Source: Chloroflexota bacterium
GTDB taxonomy: Bacteria > Chloroflexota > Limnocylindria > Limnocylindrales > Limnocylindraceae
Assembly (NCBI GenBank): GCA_039804225.1
Contig: JBDLWN010000102.1
Span: 3,344 to 67,343, forward strand
Direction: 5' to 3'
DNA length: 64,000 nucleotides
The translations under genes were made by a program, and so were the position numbers. Of this stretch, positions 9,454 to 17,907 are shown in pieces. The stretch's first letter is position 1. Every line of letters begins with the position of its first letter. Under the pieces are notes generated by a model. It saw only the letters and a list, made by a program, of their open reading frames with translations, did no database searches and was not told where the DNA came from.

Positions 9454-10683
9454 CTACCCTTTCGCTTCGCGCTCGGCGGCCTTCGCCTCATCCCAGAGCG
9501 CATCTAATGTGGTGAAGTCTGCATCTTTTAGCGAGATTCCGCGTATAGCGGCGCGGCGCTCAACCTCGGCGAAGCGACGCCGGAACTTGTCGTTGGCCGC
9601 ACGAAGTGCCGCCTCGGCATCAATACCGCTGCGGCGACCCAGGTTCACGATCACGGCGAGTACGTCGCCGAGCTCCTCTTGCGCGTGTGCCAAGGCTGCG
9701 GCGCTTGACGCTTGCGTGCTGGTGATCTGATCAGGGTGACCCGCCTCGGCGAGGGCCTCGTCAAGTTCGGCTAGCTCTTCGCTGATCTTTGCCCGTACGC
9801 CGTCGAGGGTTGGCCAGTCGTACCCAACAGCACTCGCGCGGTCTTGCAACTCGCGGCTCGCCGAGAGGGCTGGAAGCCCACGACTCACTCCGTCCAGTGC
9901 GCCCTTCGGCTTTTCGCCTTCGCCCGCTGCGGCACGTTCGCCCGCCTTAATCGCCTCCCAGTTCCGTTGTACGTCTCGTGTGGTCGCCGCACTCGCATCA
10001 CCGAAGACGTGTGGGTGCCGGCGAACGATCTTGCGCACGAGACCATCCTGCACATCGGCATAGTCAAAATCGCCGCGCTCCTGCGCAATCTGTGCGTGCA
10101 GCACCACTTGCAGCAGCACGTCGCCGAGCTCTTCGGCAAGGTCGGCGATCGCTCGCGGTCGATCTGCCTCACTCGCCGACTCGAGTGCCGCAATTGCATC
10201 GTGCAGCTCCCAAGCCTCTTCGATTAGGTGCTTTGCCAGCGAGGAGTGCGTCTGCTCGCGATCCCACGGGCACCCGTCGGGCGCACGGAGGCGGGCGCTC
10301 AGCCACGGCATCGTCCACGGTGTGGCGAAGGCGTCTAGTGGTTCGAGCCCTGCGAGATAGATTGCCTGGTTCTCTCCTACGCCGCCGCTGGCACATGCGG
10401 CAACCGTGCTGACGCTGCCGCTCGGCAGAAGCGTGACTGCTCGATCAGCGCCATAGAGGCGAGTGAGCAGCTCCCAGCCAGCACCGAGCCGGCCCGGCAG
10501 ATGTGTTGTATTTGAGGCCGTGTCTGCAAGTAGGATCAGCGGCCGCCCAGTGTCGATCGCAGTGGCACCGCACTGGCTCAGGGCGACGACGGTGATGCCG
10601 TTCGCGGGATTCAGGTTCGCATCCGCACCTTGTGCAGCCGCGATGAGTGCGTCGAGAGATCCGTTGAACCCGTTCGCGGTCAC
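9454..10683 (-). CDS. mazG: MazG-family nucleoside triphosphate pyrophosphohydrolase with an N-terminal extension
   Basis: MazG EExxE-type region ([12 protein letters not shown]...[17 protein letters not shown]) and a second MazG-like repeat (VQRNWEAIK..). The roughly 130 aa N-terminal domain is of unclear type. GTG start overlaps the PPIase stop. Confidence 0.75.
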   Translation of the reverse strand: MTANGFNGSLDALIAAAQGADANLNPANGITVVALSQCGATAIDTGRPLILLADTASNTTHLPGRLGAGWELLTRLYGADRAVTLLPSGSVSTVAACASGGVGENQAIYLAGLEPLDAFATPWTMPWLSARLRAPDGCPWDREQTHSSLAKHLIEEAWELHDAIAALESASEADRPRAIADLAEELGDVLLQVVLHAQIAQERGDFDYADVQDGLVRKIVRRHPHVFGDASAATTRDVQRNWEAIKAGERAAAGEGEKPKGALDGVSRGLPALSASRELQDRASAVGYDWPTLDGVRAKISEELAELDEALAEAGHPDQITSTQASSAAALAHAQEELGDVLAVIVNLGRRSGIDAEAALRAANDKFRRRFAEVERRAAIRGISLKDADFTTLDALWDEAKAAEREAKG

Positions 10684-12419
10684 GGAGTTGGCGAAGCCCC
10701 AGCCTCCTGCACAACGGCGCCGTCAATCGCTACGCGCGCTGCGGAGCGATAGAGGTCAAGCCAAATTGAGAAGCCGCTCGCAGTTATGCCATCGATCTGA
10801 TCAGCCGTCAGCTCGCGCATCTCCACGCCATCGACATGCACGATGAGATAGGTGTTGGAGCTCTCAACAACGGCACTCGTGCCGCCCGCCTTCAGGCCCC
10901 AGACCACGGCTCCAAGGTCAGGATTCACGGTGTACTTCGGCACAAACCCTGGGCTCGCGAAAGTGAGCTCTTCGATCGTATTGGTGGCCGTTGCAGCCGC
11001 CTCCTTAAAGTCCACACCAGCGACCGCAAGAGATGTTGCCAACTCATCTAGGCGGTCCTTGAGCGACGCGCGGCGAGCATCAAACTTAATGACGTGATAA
11101 CCGAACTGCGTCTTGATCGGACCAAGAATGTCGTCGCTCTTCACGCCATCAGCCCAGATCGCCGTGTCGAACTCTGGTACGTAGGTCCCCTCCGGTGCCC
11201 ATGCCAACAGTCCGCCATCGGCTCCGGACGTCTTGTCGTCACTCTCTTTCGCCTCGGTCTCAAAGCTTGACCCGTTCTTCAAGCGAGCAACAAGATCGTT
11301 CGCCTCTTTCTCGGCGGCGGCCCAGGCTGGATCAGTTGGATCAAGGTCGCCTGCTGTGTTCGGGTCATCGTTTGGGCTAAAGAGGATGTGGCTGACCTGC
11401 ACCTGCTCCGCATCTGTCTCCGGAATGGTCGCGGCAACGTAGCTGACTTCGCGTTGCTCTACTGGGCTGACGAGCAGTTGTGCTGTGATCTTTTCGCTCA
11501 AGGCAATCCGTAGCGCTCGCTCCTCGGCCATACGCTCGTACAGCCCACGATCAATGCCGGCCTCTCTGACCTGCTTGTCGAAATCTGGATCAAGCTTTGC
11601 TGCCTGGAACTTGTCGAGACGGAAGATCACAAACTGATCGTCAGAGTTTGCAATGACCGCGGTCAATGGCAGAGTAGATCCATCGGTGGATGGAGTAAGG
11701 GCCCACGCGGCTTCGTATCCAGGATCGTCAGTCGGGTCCTCAGACTGTGCGCTCCAACCAACCAGGCCACCGGTTTCAGCGTAGGCGTCATCGGAGTCGC
11801 GCTTGGCAACTGTGGCGAAGTCACCGCCCGCCTTAATCTCGGCAAGGATTGCCTCGGCTTTCGCCTTCGCGGCGGCACGAGTCGCGTCAGTCGGCTTCTT
11901 CGTCGTGGGGTCATTGGCAACGTTGATCGTGATTCGGCGGAAGAGTCGAAGTTCAGGGAGCGTCGTCTCCTTGGTCCACTCACTTGCAACAACGGTCGGG
12001 TCAGCCGTCACGCCATTTGCGGCAGCGAGATCACGGATGAGGAGCGTGTCGACCATATCGGTGGTGACCTGGTTGCTGATCCCCTCTGCCTGCTCGTTCA
12101 GCGACTGAAGGGCGGCATCGCCCACGCTGTTGGTCATGGTGCCAGCGGCAACACGGGCGCGGATGCGTGAGCCCTGAAGAGCGATCTGGAATGCGGTGAC
12201 CTCGGCGCGCGCCTTTGCCTCCGCCTTATTGAATCCAGCGTCATTCACTTGCACAGCGGGCGCCCAGGTGCTGTCGTACACGGAGTAGCCGGCCACACCA
12301 ACAAGGAGCGCTCCGGTGAGGCCAATGGCGACAACAAAGGAGAGATTGGTGAGGGCGGTTTTGTCCGCCGCCTGATACTTGGCAGCGGCCCGGGCGCGTA
12401 GGCGTGCAATTGGGTTCAT
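10680..12419 (-). CDS. Membrane-anchored PpiC/parvulin-type peptidyl-prolyl isomerase (SurA/PrsA-like)
   Basis: N-terminal TM anchor. Parvulin hallmarks (VSHILFSPNDDP..., GPIKTQFGYHVIKF). Long SurA-like chaperone region. 579 aa. Confidence 0.7.
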   Translation of the reverse strand: MNPIARLRARAAAKYQAADKTALTNLSFVVAIGLTGALLVGVAGYSVYDSTWAPAVQVNDAGFNKAEAKARAEVTAFQIALQGSRIRARVAAGTMTNSVGDAALQSLNEQAEGISNQVTTDMVDTLLIRDLAAANGVTADPTVVASEWTKETTLPELRLFRRITINVANDPTTKKPTDATRAAAKAKAEAILAEIKAGGDFATVAKRDSDDAYAETGGLVGWSAQSEDPTDDPGYEAAWALTPSTDGSTLPLTAVIANSDDQFVIFRLDKFQAAKLDPDFDKQVREAGIDRGLYERMAEERALRIALSEKITAQLLVSPVEQREVSYVAATIPETDAEQVQVSHILFSPNDDPNTAGDLDPTDPAWAAAEKEANDLVARLKNGSSFETEAKESDDKTSGADGGLLAWAPEGTYVPEFDTAIWADGVKSDDILGPIKTQFGYHVIKFDARRASLKDRLDELATSLAVAGVDFKEAAATATNTIEELTFASPGFVPKYTVNPDLGAVVWGLKAGGTSAVVESSNTYLIVHVDGVEMRELTADQIDGITASGFSIWLDLYRSAARVAIDGAVVQEAGASPTP

Positions 12420-12493
12420 GCTCAGTGATCCTCCTTCAGTCGGGGCCTTGTTAGGGGCAGTATAGGGGGGACGGGTGCTATTCTCGCCCTCTC

Positions 12494-13348
12494 ATGTCGA
12501 CCCACAGCACGGAACTGACCGTCGGTAGGCCGCGTCGCGGCACTATTGGCACCATCTTCGAGAGCCTCGCCTCTCTTGCGGAACGCCGCCGGCTTGTCTG
12601 GTACCTGACAATGTCGGAGATCCGAAACAAGGGGGCCAACTCCGTTCTTGGGAACGTCTGGTGGTTCCTCGACCCCGCCCTCCAGCTCTTCGTCTATTTC
12701 TTGCTGGTCAGTGTCATCTTCCAGCAGGCTCAGCCAGCGATCCTCCTCTTCCTCGGCTCTGCGATCCTCCCTTGGAAATGGTTCTCTGCCGCGCTCGCCT
12801 CCGCTACAACCTCGGTTCGTGGGCGAGAGCAGGTGATGCGTCAGATCGCCTTCCCCCATATCGTCCTTCCGGCCTCCTCCGTGTTTGCCAGCGTCGCAAA
12901 CTTTGCTTTCGCCCTCGTGCCACTCGGCGCGCTTTACCTGCTCTACCCCGATCGGCTCACACCTTGGGCGCTCGCGGTCCTTCCCGTCGCAGCGGTCCAA
13001 TTCCTCTGGACGGTTCCAGTCGTCATCATGCTCAGCGCAGTGGCCGTCTTCTTCCGCGACGTTTCAAACTTCATCCCCCATGGGCTGCGCATCTGGTTCT
13101 ATCTCTCTCCTGCGCTCTTTCCGCTCGAAAAGCTTCAGGCGCTCGGTGACCAATACCCGTGGTTCGGCTTCTTCGTCACCATCAACCCATTCACCTGGCT
13201 CTTCTCGGGTTACCGCGACGCGCTCTACTACGGTCGCTCCCCTCAGTGGGAGGTGCTTGGCATCCTCGCTCTCGCCTCGATTCCAGCAACGCTACTCTCG
13301 GTCTACCTCTTCCGACGGGTTTCGCCACTCTTCGTCAAGGTGCTCTAG
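12494..13348 (+). CDS. ABC-2 type polysaccharide/teichoic-acid exporter permease (Wzm/TagG/KpsM family)
   Basis: Six predicted TM helices. ABC-2 family pattern (LVWYLTMSEIRNKGANSVLG..WWFLDP). Immediately followed by the cognate ATPase. Confidence 0.8.
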   Translation: MSTHSTELTVGRPRRGTIGTIFESLASLAERRRLVWYLTMSEIRNKGANSVLGNVWWFLDPALQLFVYFLLVSVIFQQAQPAILLFLGSAILPWKWFSAALASATTSVRGREQVMRQIAFPHIVLPASSVFASVANFAFALVPLGALYLLYPDRLTPWALAVLPVAAVQFLWTVPVVIMLSAVAVFFRDVSNFIPHGLRIWFYLSPALFPLEKLQALGDQYPWFGFFVTINPFTWLFSGYRDALYYGRSPQWEVLGILALASIPATLLSVYLFRRVSPLFVKVL

Positions 13349-14164
13349 ATGGCGCAGCGGAGAAGCACACGCGCGAAGGCTGTGCCGCCACCGATCCAGC
13401 TCACTGGACTCGGCGTGCAGTACGACTTACGACTCAGCAAGAAACGCAAGTTGCGAGATACGGTCCTACGCGATGGTCGCCACTCCCAGAGTGGCAAGTT
13501 TTGGGCACTGCGTGACGTTGACTTTCGTGTTGAGACGGGTGAATCCGTCGCGGTGATTGGACCGAACGGTGCAGGGAAGAGCACCATGCTGCAGGTTCTG
13601 GCCGGCATTCTTGAACCTTCGGTCGGTAAGGTCGAAGTTCGGGGCAAGATCGCGACCCTCTTACAACTTGGTGCGGGTTTTGATCCAGAGCTTAATGCGC
13701 GCGAGAACACGCTTCTTGTCGGGGAGTTCCTTGGGATCCCTCACAAGGAGATGGTCCGACGCGTACCAGCAATCCTTGAATTTGCTGGGCTCGGAGAATT
13801 TGCCGATGCGGAGGTGCGAACATACAGTTCAGGAATGCGCGCTCGACTTGGATTCAGCGTTGCGACCTCGGTTGAGCCCGACGTCCTACTCCTTGATGAG
13901 GTTCTCTCAACTGGCGATGCGGCCTTCATTGAAAAGTCACGGGGTCGCATAACAGAGTTGATGAAGCGAGCGCGAGCAATCGTCTTCGTGACGCACGACC
14001 TTGACTCTGCGGCTGCGATCTGCACCCGTGCGATTGAACTTGAGGGGGGCCGGATCGTTGCCGATGGACCAGCGAAGCGCGTTATTGCGGCCTACAAGAA
14101 GAAGATGGCGAAGCGTGCGACTACGGCGTCTCGCCCGGATCTGGCAGCCCGCCGCGGTAGTTGA
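13349..14164 (+). CDS. ABC exporter ATP-binding protein (Wzt/TagH/KpsT family)
   Basis: Walker A (GPNGAGKST), ABC signature (YSSGMRARLGF), Walker B (LLLDE), H-loop (FVTHD). Abuts the permease stop codon (TAG-ATG). Confidence 0.85.
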   Translation: MAQRRSTRAKAVPPPIQLTGLGVQYDLRLSKKRKLRDTVLRDGRHSQSGKFWALRDVDFRVETGESVAVIGPNGAGKSTMLQVLAGILEPSVGKVEVRGKIATLLQLGAGFDPELNARENTLLVGEFLGIPHKEMVRRVPAILEFAGLGEFADAEVRTYSSGMRARLGFSVATSVEPDVLLLDEVLSTGDAAFIEKSRGRITELMKRARAIVFVTHDLDSAAAICTRAIELEGGRIVADGPAKRVIAAYKKKMAKRATTASRPDLAARRGS

Positions 14165-14996
14165 GGATTACGAGCAGCGTTCTCACGGAATCAAGATCCA
14201 GTGTTGGCTCCACATCCGCGCTCTGGAGCACTGCGGTGGTAACCGTGTTTACCGCCACCACTCGACCCACCGAGAGGCCTCGCGGGAAGGCCGAGCGTAG
14301 CGTTGGGCTCAACTCAATCCCAGAGGTGGTGACCTCCGCTCCAACGAGCAACTGTCGCTGCGCGTCAACGTCATCAAATGCGAGTGGGTTCGCGGCACGC
14401 CCTCGAACCTGACCGATCGCACCCGTAGCGGCGACCTCAGAGGTAACCGAGAACTCTGGGTCAGTGAGGAGGCGAACCTGGCAACTCTGTTCCGATACTT
14501 GTACGACACGCCCCGCGAGTGATGCGCCTGCGCCAATGACGACATCGCCAATCTTCACGCCATCAACGCTGCCAACATCGAGAATGATGTAGCGACGATC
14601 AATCGCGAAATCTCGTGCGACCACCTGCGCCGCCACCGTGGTGAATGAGGTCGTGGCACGCAGGTCAAGAGTTGCCTGAAGCTCCGCTACTTCACGCTCA
14701 AGGCTGGCAATCCGGGCCGCTTCGGAGAGCAGCTGATCTCGTTCTTCGAGCAGCTCTGTGAGGCGCGCCTGCAGGCTTCGGATGTCGACAAAGAGCTCGC
14801 GGACTGAAGCGAAGCCTCGCCCTACCGCGGCAACGGGTTCACTCACCGAGCGCATTACCTCTCCTGCTGCGCCTTGTACCGCGAGCACTGGCGCGCTGCC
14901 AGACAAGAGGAAGAGAAGCCCGTTCAAGGCAAGTACGGCACCCACCGCAAGAAGGCCCGCTTGTGGATTACGTTTTCCGCGATCTCGGGGGAGCAT
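14121..14996 (-). CDS. mreC: Rod shape-determining protein MreC
   Basis: N-terminal TM, coiled-coil (LQARLTELLEERDQLLSE..LEREVAELQ), beta-rich C-terminal domain (GDVVIGAG...GRVV..V). Directly downstream of mreB. Start taken at the internal Met (MLPRDRGK). Confidence 0.75.
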   Translation of the reverse strand: MLPRDRGKRNPQAGLLAVGAVLALNGLLFLLSGSAPVLAVQGAAGEVMRSVSEPVAAVGRGFASVRELFVDIRSLQARLTELLEERDQLLSEAARIASLEREVAELQATLDLRATTSFTTVAAQVVARDFAIDRRYIILDVGSVDGVKIGDVVIGAGASLAGRVVQVSEQSCQVRLLTDPEFSVTSEVAATGAIGQVRGRAANPLAFDDVDAQRQLLVGAEVTTSGIELSPTLRSAFPRGLSVGRVVAVNTVTTAVLQSADVEPTLDLDSVRTLLVILNYRGGLPDPGETP

Positions 14997-15003
14997 GAAG
15001 GGC

Positions 15004-16056
15004 TTAGCGCAGTGGGCGCTGGTAGGTCTCGGGGACGAGCATCTTCTCGAGCGCCTCAACCTCTTCCAGGATGATGCCAGTGCCGCGCACAACGCAGGTC
15101 AGCGGATCATCGGCAATGCGGACTGGCATCTTCGTTTCCGCTGCAAGGCGCACATCCATGCCCAGCAGCAGCGCTCCACCACCGGCGAGAACGATTCCCT
15201 GATCCATGATGTCTGCCACAAGTTCCGGCGGTGTCTCTTCAATGGTGTCGCGCACCGCGTTCACGATTTCAATAATCGACGGCTCAAGCGCTTCTCGAAC
15301 CTGTGGGGCTGCCACCTCAACCGCGCGAGGCAAGCCGGTGAGTAGATCTCGGCCGCGGAAGGTGATCCGCTGCGAGTCCCACTCGCCGGAGTGTGCCGAA
15401 CCGACGGCCATCTTGATGTCTTCGGCGGTGCGCTCGCCCAGCAGAAGGTTGTACTGACGGCGGGCATAGGCAACGATGTTCTCATCCATCTCATCACCAG
15501 CAATACGAATGCTGCGCGCGGTCACGATGCCGCCGAGGGAGGTTACAGCGACTTCAGTAGTACCTCCACCAATGTCAACGATCATGCTCCCGTTTGGTTC
15601 ACCAACGGCGAGGCCAGCGCCGATCGCGGCTGCCATCGGCTCTTCAACGAGACGAACCCAGCGCGCACCTGCCCGAATCGCAGCGTCGCGCACAGCGCGC
15701 TTCTCAACTTCCGTCACACCAGAAGGGATGCCGATGATCATGCGGGGTCGGGCGGAGAGCCACCCACCCTGATGCACCTTGCGCACGTAGTAGCTGATCA
15801 TCTGCTCCGTCACTGCAGCGTCGGAGATCACGCCATCGCGGAGGGGTCGAATGGCGACAATGTTCGCGGGGGTCCGTCCAAGCATGCGCTTCGCCTCTGC
15901 GCCGATGGCGAGGACTTTGCGCGATTTGGTCTCTACCGCAACAACTGATGGCTCGCTGATCACCACGCCCTTACCGGCAACGTGGACGAGCGTATTGGCC
16001 GTGCCGAGGTCAATGCCGATGTCGCGGGAGAAGAGGTTATAGATTCGGTCAAGCAT
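15004..16056 (-). CDS. mreB: Rod shape-determining actin homologue MreB
   Basis: DIGIDLGTANTLV...DIGGGTTEVAV...LAGGGALL actin-fold motifs. 350 aa. Confidence 0.9.
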   Translation of the reverse strand: MLDRIYNLFSRDIGIDLGTANTLVHVAGKGVVISEPSVVAVETKSRKVLAIGAEAKRMLGRTPANIVAIRPLRDGVISDAAVTEQMISYYVRKVHQGGWLSARPRMIIGIPSGVTEVEKRAVRDAAIRAGARWVRLVEEPMAAAIGAGLAVGEPNGSMIVDIGGGTTEVAVTSLGGIVTARSIRIAGDEMDENIVAYARRQYNLLLGERTAEDIKMAVGSAHSGEWDSQRITFRGRDLLTGLPRAVEVAAPQVREALEPSIIEIVNAVRDTIEETPPELVADIMDQGIVLAGGGALLLGMDVRLAAETKMPVRIADDPLTCVVRGTGIILEEVEALEKMLVPETYQRPLR

Positions 16057-16098
16057 GGCGCGATGGTAGCACCCACCCTGCAGACCCCCACCCTCCCC

Positions 16099-16776
16099 CT
16101 ATGGCGCCTCGGCGCCCCAGATCGTGGGCTGCTTTGAACGAATGCTCACCCAGCGACCGTGACCGATCACCAGGTGGTCAAGGAACTCAATATCAAGTAG
16201 CCGGGCGGCGGCGAGGAGTTCACTCGTGAGGCGGAGATCTTCGTCTGAAGGCTCGGGGTCACCGCTCGGATGGTTGTGGACCGCAGCGAAGCCGACGCCG
16301 TGCGCCTCGAGAACCGGCCGAATCAGTTCACCGATGCGCACACTCGTGCCCGTCGCGGTTCCCGTATACACATGACGCAAATCGAGCAGCCCATTGCGAC
16401 CGTCGACGATGGCGATGTGGAGCTGCTCCTGTGCCGACCGGCCAAAGATTGGTTGGGCGATGGCAGCGAGATCCGCTGGAGCCTGCACACGGGTGCGCTC
16501 CGCCGGCCACCATGCGGCTAGGTCACCTGCTGCGACCACGGTGCGAGCGACGAGCTCGGCGGTGTGGCTCGGCACGCCGGCGCGCAGCAGCCTGTCGGTA
16601 ACGTTCCCTTGGATGAGCCCCTCTGGTCCCTCGGCAAGGGCGACAAGTTCGCTTGCCGAATGTGTTGCGCCGCTGTGAAAGAGCAACGTATCGAGTGCAC
16701 TGATGAACTGCAGGTCACGTTCGCGCTGCTCTGGGCCCGTATCGCTCGGTACGGCCGCTGCGAGGGCGAGACTCAT
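16099..16776 (-). CDS. radC: RadC-family JAMM/MPN domain protein
   Basis: HNHPSGDPEPSDEDL JAMM motif with an HhH-like N-terminal region. Conserved position upstream of mreB. Confidence 0.85.
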   Translation of the reverse strand: MSLALAAAVPSDTGPEQRERDLQFISALDTLLFHSGATHSASELVALAEGPEGLIQGNVTDRLLRAGVPSHTAELVARTVVAAGDLAAWWPAERTRVQAPADLAAIAQPIFGRSAQEQLHIAIVDGRNGLLDLRHVYTGTATGTSVRIGELIRPVLEAHGVGFAAVHNHPSGDPEPSDEDLRLTSELLAAARLLDIEFLDHLVIGHGRWVSIRSKQPTIWGAEAP

Positions 16777-16916
16777 TGAACCTCCACGACGTAGATCAAG
16801 CGGCCATCGTTGGCACCTCCGGCAGAGCGGCGAGCCCGCCGTTTTCCCGCCACCCTACCGAAGGCGAGTGCATCCTCTCGCTCGTCGCGTATCAGGCACG
16901 TACGGACTTGGCAGCG

Positions 16917-17897
16917 CTACGAGAGAGTGACGATCGCAACGATAGAAAGGTTGTACGCAGAGTGGAGGGCGATCGCCGCGAGGAGTGATCGACGCCGCAT
17001 CCAGAGCCATCCGAGGGCGATCCCGAGTGGGAGACGCACGACGAATGCAACAGCAGCCACGCCTGCGGCATCACCAACAGAAGTGCCACCAACCGTCAGT
17101 GTGTGCGCAAATGCAAACACGATTGCAGAGAAGAGGATCGCTCGGCGGGCGGACGATTGCCGCGCCCATGCCTGCGCAATCACTCCGCGGTAGAGGAGCT
17201 CCTCGCCGATCGGTGCAATGAGGCCAGCGGTCAACACATTTGCCGCTAGGTCGACCGCGTTCAACGTTGCGGGCAAAACTGCTGGAGCGCTTAGCCCGGT
17301 GCCGTTCATGACAAGGGTTGCGAAGACTCCGGCAGCGCTCAAGATGGGAAGCGCGAGAGCCATCCCCCAGAAAAGATCGCCAGCGAGGCCGCCGCGGCGG
17401 TCAGGCGGCGGCAGCGTGCTTGGTGATGCGGCGGGTGTGGCGAGGACGAGATCGCGCCAGCGCACCGCACCGCTGCCAACCACCACAAGTGCAATGATCA
17501 GCACCGTTGCGAGGTTCGACGCGGTCGCCAGAGCGAGGGTGCCGAGTGGCGTCGTCAACGTCGCTGCGGCGCCAAGCGCGGAGAGAAGGGCAGCAATAAG
17601 GATTTGCGCCAAGAGCGCCCACGTGATCGCTGTCCAAAAGATGGCGAGTGGCCCTGGCCCGCGCCACCCCGCATCGGGAGTATCAACACGTCGCTGCAGC
17701 GCGGAGGCGCCAGCGAGTGCGATGCCACCGATGCCAACGAAGAAGAGCCCCAGGATTGCCAGGCCAACTCCTGCACCCGCAATCCCTGCCACGAGTGCGC
17801 CTGCACCGAGCACGGCAAAGAGGAGGCCGATCAGATAGAGCGCTGGCGCCTCACGCCCCGCGAGTTGCAGCAACCCAGGGCGTGACAGGTCGGTCAT
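16917..17897 (-). CDS. CPBP-family (CAAX protease-like) intramembrane metalloprotease
   Basis: Multi-TM protein with the EExxxR (IGEELLYRG) and FxxxH (FAFAHT) motifs of the CPBP/Abi family. Confidence 0.75.
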   Translation of the reverse strand: MTDLSRPGLLQLAGREAPALYLIGLLFAVLGAGALVAGIAGAGVGLAILGLFFVGIGGIALAGASALQRRVDTPDAGWRGPGPLAIFWTAITWALLAQILIAALLSALGAAATLTTPLGTLALATASNLATVLIIALVVVGSGAVRWRDLVLATPAASPSTLPPPDRRGGLAGDLFWGMALALPILSAAGVFATLVMNGTGLSAPAVLPATLNAVDLAANVLTAGLIAPIGEELLYRGVIAQAWARQSSARRAILFSAIVFAFAHTLTVGGTSVGDAAGVAAVAFVVRLPLGIALGWLWMRRRSLLAAIALHSAYNLSIVAIVTLS

Positions 17898-17907
17898 GCG
17901 GTCGCGA

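Noticed and set aside
12422-13000. 192 aa minus-strand ORF (Asp/Glu/Arg/Gly-rich) in the PPIase-permease divergent region
   Set aside because: Lies antisense to the well-supported ABC-2 permease gene. Low-complexity composition typical of GC-rich antisense frames.
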